Translations under genes and position numbers: made by a program
Assembly: GCA_964566495.1 (NCBI GenBank)
Contig: CAZMIT010000018.1
Span: 1 to 22,295 of the forward strand
Origin: an uncultured bacterium
GTDB taxonomy: Bacteria; T1Sed10-126
DNA: 22,295 nt
Direction: 5' to 3'
Part shown: in pieces, positions 17,490 through 22,295 of the stretch
How positions within the stretch are numbered: the stretch's first letter is position 1
Layout of the letters: the number at the start of each line of letters is the position of its first letter
The notes under the pieces: generated by a model
Databases searched by the model: none
Told to the model about the DNA's origin: nothing
The model's input: the letters and a program-made list of their open reading frames with translations, nothing else

Positions 17490-17594
17490 CGTCATTCAGG
17501 GCGAAGAGAACGTAGACCCGGAATCTATGGTAACGTCAAAGCCACTGGATTGCCCGGTCAAGCCTTGGGACGTTATTCGTTCCGGGCAATGACG
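17490..17594. repeat. Inverted REP doublet (GTCATT...AATCC family), second copy
   Basis: 17532-17594 is the reverse complement of 5181-5224 with two substitutions and a 19-nt insertion. The partner half is cgtcattcagggc...gacccggaatct (17490-17526). Confidence 0.85.
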
Positions 17595-17758
17595 AGCGTT
17601 CTGGTTGTGATCCAGAAAAGATATTTTTTGGTTAGCTATAAAAGGAGGTTGAAAATATTTTCAACGAATTAAAAGAGAAATTAAAACTCTACTGGTTTGA
17701 CCTGAAGGGAATAATAATTGACTGGTGGGAGCAGATAAGTCGCCCGGAAGACCCCGAG

Positions 17759-18232
17759 GTGCGGGAGTCGATAGAACTGCTTGGCGAGGTGGAAATATTT
17801 AAGAGACTTCGTAACTCCCAGTATCTGGCGCTCGCTGATTATCTTCACGAACGTCAATTTAACAAAGGGGAGCTTATATTTTCCGAGGGAGACCCGGCGA
17901 CGGCAATGTATTTGATCTGCAATGGACGGGTTGAATTAAGCCGGCCAGAGCTTAAACAATTGGACAGTAATTATCTTGAGTCCAGGGAGATTTTTGGCGA
18001 ACTTGCTCTCTGTTGCGAGCACCGGCGAATGTATGACGCCCGAACGCGCGCTTCTACTCGGACCCTGGTCTTGTTTAGAAAGGGGCTGGAGCGTTTTGTC
18101 TATCGAAACCCGTCGGCTGGGTTAAAAATACACGGCAATCTTAATGCTCATATTGCCCGGCATCTCCAGGATGCCCGGCAAGAAAATCTGCGGTTGAAGC
18201 AGCAAGAGAACGAGGGCAAAGCAAATGAGTGA
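17759..18232 (+). CDS. Cyclic nucleotide-binding domain protein, no DNA-binding HTH
   Basis: F.KGELIFSEGDP...MYLI..GRVEL, IFGELAL, R...AR, ending in a coiled-coil-like helix. Overlaps the next gene by 8 bp. Confidence 0.85.
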   Translation: MRESIELLGEVEIFKRLRNSQYLALADYLHERQFNKGELIFSEGDPATAMYLICNGRVELSRPELKQLDSNYLESREIFGELALCCEHRRMYDARTRASTRTLVLFRKGLERFVYRNPSAGLKIHGNLNAHIARHLQDARQENLRLKQQENEGKANE

Positions 18233-19340
18233 GTCGAAATCTTGGGCGCCGACACCGGGACTTGTAGTATCTCTGATTCATTACTTTCTGCCGCTAATAG
18301 TTCTGGCAGTAACCCTCTACTTTATTCCCGAGCTGTATCATCTCGTGAGTATGCTTTTTATAGCGATCTTGTTTTCCTATCTTCTGCGGCCCCCGGTCGA
18401 GCTGCTGGAACATCGTGGATTTAGCCGCTACACTGCCACTGCCCTGGTATTTGTGGTTTTATTTTTAATTCTTGTCACTCTGTTAGGAGGATTTATCCCG
18501 CATATTTATAATCAGGCAATTAATCTGCGGCGGACACTGGGGCAGCTGGAAATAGAAGAATTACTTGAGGAGGAAGACCCGGGGGAAGTAGAGGAAGTAT
18601 TAGGTTTTATGAGCTATTTAAGCGAACTGGAGCGTTCACTGGGATTTATTCCGGACGGTACACTTCACGACCAGGTCTCCCATGCTTACGAGTGGGGCTT
18701 GCAGCAACTTACCATTCTTCTGCTTACAATTGGTAGGATTTTGCCGCATGTGGCGGTTTATGTCGTGGTAATACCGTTTATTGCTTTTTTTATTGTCCGT
18801 GATCAGCAAGCTATAGAAACCTTTTTCCTGAGCGGAGTCCCCAATGTGTTTTTTGAGATGTTTTACCTGATATATAATAAGGTGGACCAAAAAATTGGTG
18901 AGTATGTTCGTGGGCTGGCAATCGAGGCGATTATAATTGCTTTGTTAAGCGCAGTGGGGTTCTGGTTGCTTGACGTCCCCTATGCGGTCACAATCGGAAT
19001 ATTTGTGGGGCTGGCTAACGTTGTCCCTTATGTAGGTCCTGTGATTGGTGCTTTGCCGGCAATTATAGTTCAGTTGATAGAAACAGGTGCAGCGCTTCCC
19101 GTTTTTTTGGTAATAGTTTTAATTGGAATTGTCCAATTGATCGACAACATTACTGTTAAACCGGTGGCGTTCTCACAGAGTATGTCGATGCATCCGCTGA
19201 TTGTGGTAATTGTAATTATAGCCGGTGGACAACTTGCCGGTATGCTGGGTATGGTTCTGGCAATCCCGGTGGCCGCCAGTCTCTGGGTTATAATAAGTGA
19301 GTTTAGCTGGGCCGTGAAAAACTACCGTTTTGAAACTTAA
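18225..19340 (+). CDS. AI-2E family transporter
   Basis: LFSYLLRPPVELLE.RG, FFIVRD, IGEYVRG, GLANVVPYVGP.IG.LP, VQLIDN....P.......MHPL.V......GG.L.G..GM.LAIP. Confidence 0.92.
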   Translation: MSESKSWAPTPGLVVSLIHYFLPLIVLAVTLYFIPELYHLVSMLFIAILFSYLLRPPVELLEHRGFSRYTATALVFVVLFLILVTLLGGFIPHIYNQAINLRRTLGQLEIEELLEEEDPGEVEEVLGFMSYLSELERSLGFIPDGTLHDQVSHAYEWGLQQLTILLLTIGRILPHVAVYVVVIPFIAFFIVRDQQAIETFFLSGVPNVFFEMFYLIYNKVDQKIGEYVRGLAIEAIIIALLSAVGFWLLDVPYAVTIGIFVGLANVVPYVGPVIGALPAIIVQLIETGAALPVFLVIVLIGIVQLIDNITVKPVAFSQSMSMHPLIVVIVIIAGGQLAGMLGMVLAIPVAASLWVIISEFSWAVKNYRFET

Positions 19341-19583
19341 CCCGAATTATGCACAAAGAGTTGCGATCTTTGAGCATAATTCGTCCAGAGGACAGTCCTC
19401 AGAGCGCTGAGGGCTGGGCTAACCCAGCTGTCAAACTAATAGAATTATTGCCATAAAAACACTCTGTAAATCTAAACATTTTATTAGAACTTGATTTATT
19501 TGGCGATTTAAGTTTGACGGCTGCCTCGTAGAGGCGCTTAATGCAAGAAAATGAAATTTTCATGCATTAAGCGGGTTAAGTTT
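19333..19583 (+). repeat. Tandem four-way-junction palindromic element, copy B (two units)
   Basis: TTAA-CCC, hairpin, GTCC-aga-GGAC, hairpin, GGG-CTAA-CCC, long hairpin, GCCTC-gta-GAGGC, hairpin, GGG-TTAA. Bounded by a perfect 12-bp inverted repeat aaacttaacccg/cgggttaagttt. Confidence 0.85.
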
Positions 19584-19594
19584 ACTCCAAAAAA

Positions 19595-19646
19595 TTCTTC
19601 TCCCTGGCAGGGGAAAAGTAAGGGAGATTGAACGAGGTGGGAGGGC
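19595..19646 (-). repeat. Degenerate C/G-run REP-like palindrome
   Basis: Minus strand gccctcccacctc...cttttcccctgccagggagaag has the same layout as 4871-4916. Confidence 0.45.
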
Positions 19647-19678
19647 TTTTTGGAGGAGACGCAAACTAATGGATTGAG

Positions 19679-20647
19679 TTGATATTTATGCCGGTAACAG
19701 GGCGGGTTACTAACCTGGTATCGCTGTCTGAGGACAAGGGAATAAAGCGCCCCAATTTTTTTATTGTCGGGGCTCCAAAATGCGGCACCACTTCAATGTA
19801 TTTTTATCTAAAACAGCATCCCGAGGTTTTTATGTCGATCCCCAAAGAGCCGCTTCATTTTTGTAAAGATCTGACTAACCATAAGTTGCGCACCCGTGAT
19901 CTGATGGAGTATCTCTCCTTCTTTGAGGGCTCATCAGATTATAAACGTGTCGGTGAAGCCTCTACCTGGTATCTTTACTCGCGAGTGGCGGCTCGTGAAA
20001 TAAATTCATTTTCTCCAGGCGCCAAAATTATTATAATGCTGCGCAACATCCCGGAGGCCATGTATTCACTGCACAGCCAGTATCTTTTCCTGGGTAATGA
20101 AACTGAGCATGATTTTGCACGAGCTCTGGAATTAGTTCCCGAGCGGCGTGAAGGACGCCACGTTCCGGAGGCTGCCTATTTTCCCGACGGACTGTTATAT
20201 CCGGATGTTTATCGCTACACGGACCAGATACGACGATACTTTCAGGAGTTTGGGCGTGAAAACGTGCTGGTGGTTACGCTGGACGAAATGAAGGAGGATG
20301 TGGAAGCCGTTTACTGTCGAATTCTGGATTTTCTGGAGCTTGACTATGCGAACAGGATTGATTTTAAGAAATATAACTCCAACGGTCGTTTTAAAAGCAA
20401 GTTTGTCCAGGAGTTAATTCAGAAGGTATCCGGTGAGACCAAGCAAAACATCCGTGATTTAGTGCCGGTTCGTCCCTGTATGGAAGCCTGGCGCAGCATT
20501 GAACCGGCAGTTGTGGAGACATTCTCACGGCCTTCCCTTTCCGGGCAATTACGGCAGCAGTTAAATCAACAAATGAAGCCGGAAGTAGAACGTTTGAGCA
20601 ATTTGCTGGATCGTGATTTTAGCCACTGGTTAAACGGCGCCGATTGA
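19679..20647 (+). CDS. Sulfotransferase family protein
   Basis: PNFFIVGAPKCGTTSMY.YL.QHPEVF...PKEP.HF, GEAST.YL, KIIIMLRN....MYS. Start is uncertain (ATG 19688 is possible). Confidence 0.9.
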   Translation: MIFMPVTGRVTNLVSLSEDKGIKRPNFFIVGAPKCGTTSMYFYLKQHPEVFMSIPKEPLHFCKDLTNHKLRTRDLMEYLSFFEGSSDYKRVGEASTWYLYSRVAAREINSFSPGAKIIIMLRNIPEAMYSLHSQYLFLGNETEHDFARALELVPERREGRHVPEAAYFPDGLLYPDVYRYTDQIRRYFQEFGRENVLVVTLDEMKEDVEAVYCRILDFLELDYANRIDFKKYNSNGRFKSKFVQELIQKVSGETKQNIRDLVPVRPCMEAWRSIEPAVVETFSRPSLSGQLRQQLNQQMKPEVERLSNLLDRDFSHWLNGAD

Positions 20648-21525
20648 AGAACGACGCTGTGGTTCATAAACAAATGGAAACGGCGCTGGTGGAAGGGCTA
20701 AATTCTGCCGTAATCAACCTGCCGCCTTCTGTTGTTAATCATCTTCGTTCGGCGGCTGAAACTGCCGAGGGAACTGCACTCACTCAGCTTCAGACTATTT
20801 TAAATAATATTGAGCTGGCCAGAGAAAAGCAGCTGCCCCTCTGTCAGGACACTGGTCTGCCAGCTTTTTTCGTCGAAGTTGGTCATGATTTTCCAGTTCA
20901 AGCAGCGATATTACCGGCGATAAAAAAAGCGGTTGAAACAGCTACCAGTGAGTTGCCACTGCGCCCAAACACGGTTAATCCCCTGAACGAAGCAAATTCG
21001 GGTGATAACAGCGGCGTCAAGATGCCGTTAGTGGATTGGGAACTTGTGGCCGGTAATCGCTGCAAAATTTACATATTGCCGAAGGGCGGCGGTGCTGAAA
21101 ACCACTGCTCTTTACAGATGCTTAACCCGTCCGCCGGTTTGACCGGAGTGAGGGATGTTGTGGTCGAGAAGGTTATAGCCGCCGGCGGACAGCCCTGTCC
21201 GCCAGTGGTAGTTGGCGTCGGTCTCGGGGGAAGCGCAGACACTGCTTTGAAACTGGCTAAAAAAAGTCTGTTTCGGCCTCTCAGTGAGCCAAATCCGGAA
21301 GCTGAAGCGGCAGCAATAGAAGCGGAAATGAAGCAGACTATCAATGCCCGGGGCGATGGACCGATGGGACTTGGCGGCGAACCGACGGCCCTGGCGGTAC
21401 ATCTCAATCTGGCCGCCCGCCACCCGGCCTCATTGCCGGTTGGTATTGTTTTGCAGTGCTGGGCTCATCGCTACGCCGTGGTTGAGTTTGGCCCGGACGG
21501 CTCCTGGCGAGTTGTGCAGAACTGA
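20644..21525 (+). CDS. Fe-S hydro-lyase alpha subunit (split class I fumarate hydratase / tartrate dehydratase)
   Basis: PLCQDTG, LRPN.V.P, PKGGGAEN, AGGQPCPP..VGVG.GG, GPMGLGG, HPASLPV, QCWAHR. Confidence 0.92.
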   Translation: MKNDAVVHKQMETALVEGLNSAVINLPPSVVNHLRSAAETAEGTALTQLQTILNNIELAREKQLPLCQDTGLPAFFVEVGHDFPVQAAILPAIKKAVETATSELPLRPNTVNPLNEANSGDNSGVKMPLVDWELVAGNRCKIYILPKGGGAENHCSLQMLNPSAGLTGVRDVVVEKVIAAGGQPCPPVVVGVGLGGSADTALKLAKKSLFRPLSEPNPEAEAAAIEAEMKQTINARGDGPMGLGGEPTALAVHLNLAARHPASLPVGIVLQCWAHRYAVVEFGPDGSWRVVQN

Positions 21526-22067
21526 TGGAACTTGAGTTACCGCTGACTGCGGAACAGGTTCGCGAGCTAAACGTTGGTGATGAGATATATTTGAACGGCA
21601 CTATAATTACGGCGCGTGACGCTGCCCACCAAAAGCTCTTGAATTGTGGAGGGGAAGTTCCCACGGAGTTGAAGCAAATAATATCCGGCGGCGCAGTTTA
21701 CCACTGTGGACCACTGCTTGACAAGCAGCGACAGGATTGGCGGGTCCTGGCCGCCGGTCCCACCACCAGCATGCGGTTGGAAGGCTTTGCTTCCGATTTT
21801 ATAAGTAGCTATTCCCCGCGAGTTTTGGTTGGCAAAGGGGGGATGGGGGAGAAAACAGCCGGGGCTTTGAATAAACACGGCTCTGTTTACGTACAGTTTA
21901 CTGGGGGAGCAGCTGTAGTGGCGGCGACGGCAATTCAACATGTAATAGATGTTTACTGGCTGGATGAGCTGGGGATGGCAGAAGCCGTTTGGGTGCTTGC
22001 GGTTGAAAATTTTGGACCTTTGATTGTAACAATGGATACAAAGCAGAAAAAGATGTCAAACAAATAG
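21525..22067 (+). CDS. Fe-S hydro-lyase beta subunit (fumarate hydratase C-terminal)
   Basis: L.VGD.IYLNG.I.TARDAAH, YHCGP, AGPTTSMR, VGKGGM, LGMAEAVW....ENFGPLIVTMD. TGATG coupling with the alpha gene. Confidence 0.92.
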   Translation: MELELPLTAEQVRELNVGDEIYLNGTIITARDAAHQKLLNCGGEVPTELKQIISGGAVYHCGPLLDKQRQDWRVLAAGPTTSMRLEGFASDFISSYSPRVLVGKGGMGEKTAGALNKHGSVYVQFTGGAAVVAATAIQHVIDVYWLDELGMAEAVWVLAVENFGPLIVTMDTKQKKMSNK

Positions 22068-22081
22068 CGGAGGTAGTAGGG

Positions 22082-22295
22082 ATGACGGACGAAAGTGAAA
22101 AGGAAAAATTTTTACGAAAAGCCGAGGAACCAAAGCATAAAGCGCCGGAGATGCATCGGAAATATCGCGGTAAATACGGCGGCCAGGTGCAGGTGCCGGT
22201 GCGGAGCATGGATGATTTTGGCGTCTGGTATACTCCCGGTGTTGCGGCTCCCTGTGAGGAGATCGCTGAGACGCCCGAACTGGTTTACGACTATA
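22082..22295 (+). CDS. NAD(P)-dependent malic enzyme, 3' partial (absent from the ORF track)
   Basis: Manual translation MTDESEKEKFLRKAEEPKHKAPEMHRKYRGKYGGQVQVPVRSMDDFGVWYTPGVAAPCEEIAETPELVYDY carries the YTPGVA.PC..I malic enzyme motif. SD ggaggt at 22069-22074. Confidence 0.9.
   Translation, partial: MTDESEKEKFLRKAEEPKHKAPEMHRKYRGKYGGQVQVPVRSMDDFGVWYTPGVAAPCEEIAETPELVYDY

Noticed and set aside
17469..17672. 67-aa ORF
   Set aside because: It runs through the REP doublet, has no SD and no recognisable motif, so it is probably spurious.
17299..19583. Canonical integron attC array, CRISPR array or tRNA genes
   Set aside because: There is no integrase, and the elements are branched rather than single bulged hairpins. 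There are no identical repeats with unique spacers. Units lack the T-loop GTTCRA, D-loop GG and 7-nt anticodon loop despite the cloverleaf-like fold.

Overview
Bacterial chromosomal window, mostly + strand housekeeping and metabolic genes: cimA-type synthase (5' partial), valS, two sulfotransferases, a GlsB/YeaQ/YmgE membrane protein, a DEDD exonuclease-HAD phosphatase pair, a cold-shock protein, miaA-hflX-accB, a Na+-translocating acyl-CoA (probably methylmalonyl-CoA) decarboxylase cluster, kptA/tpt1, a PduS/RnfC-like flavoprotein lacking Fe-S motifs, MscS, a cNMP-binding protein with an AI-2E transporter, and split class I fumarase followed by a malic enzyme (3' partial). Many proteins are Glu/Asp rich, suggesting a halophile. 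The most striking signal is non-coding. Two intergenic elements (17299-17464 and 19333-19583) flank the cNMP/AI-2E gene pair. Each is a tandem pair of units that fold into near-perfect four-way junctions: YTAR-CCC, long hairpin, mini hairpin with a 3-nt loop, long hairpin, GGG-YTAR. The architecture is conserved while the arm sequences have diverged. Two further REP-like palindrome families (GTCATT...AATCC and CCCCTCTCCC...GGGG) occupy other intergenic regions and sit beside these elements. No transposase, integrase, CRISPR array, tRNA or rRNA was seen.
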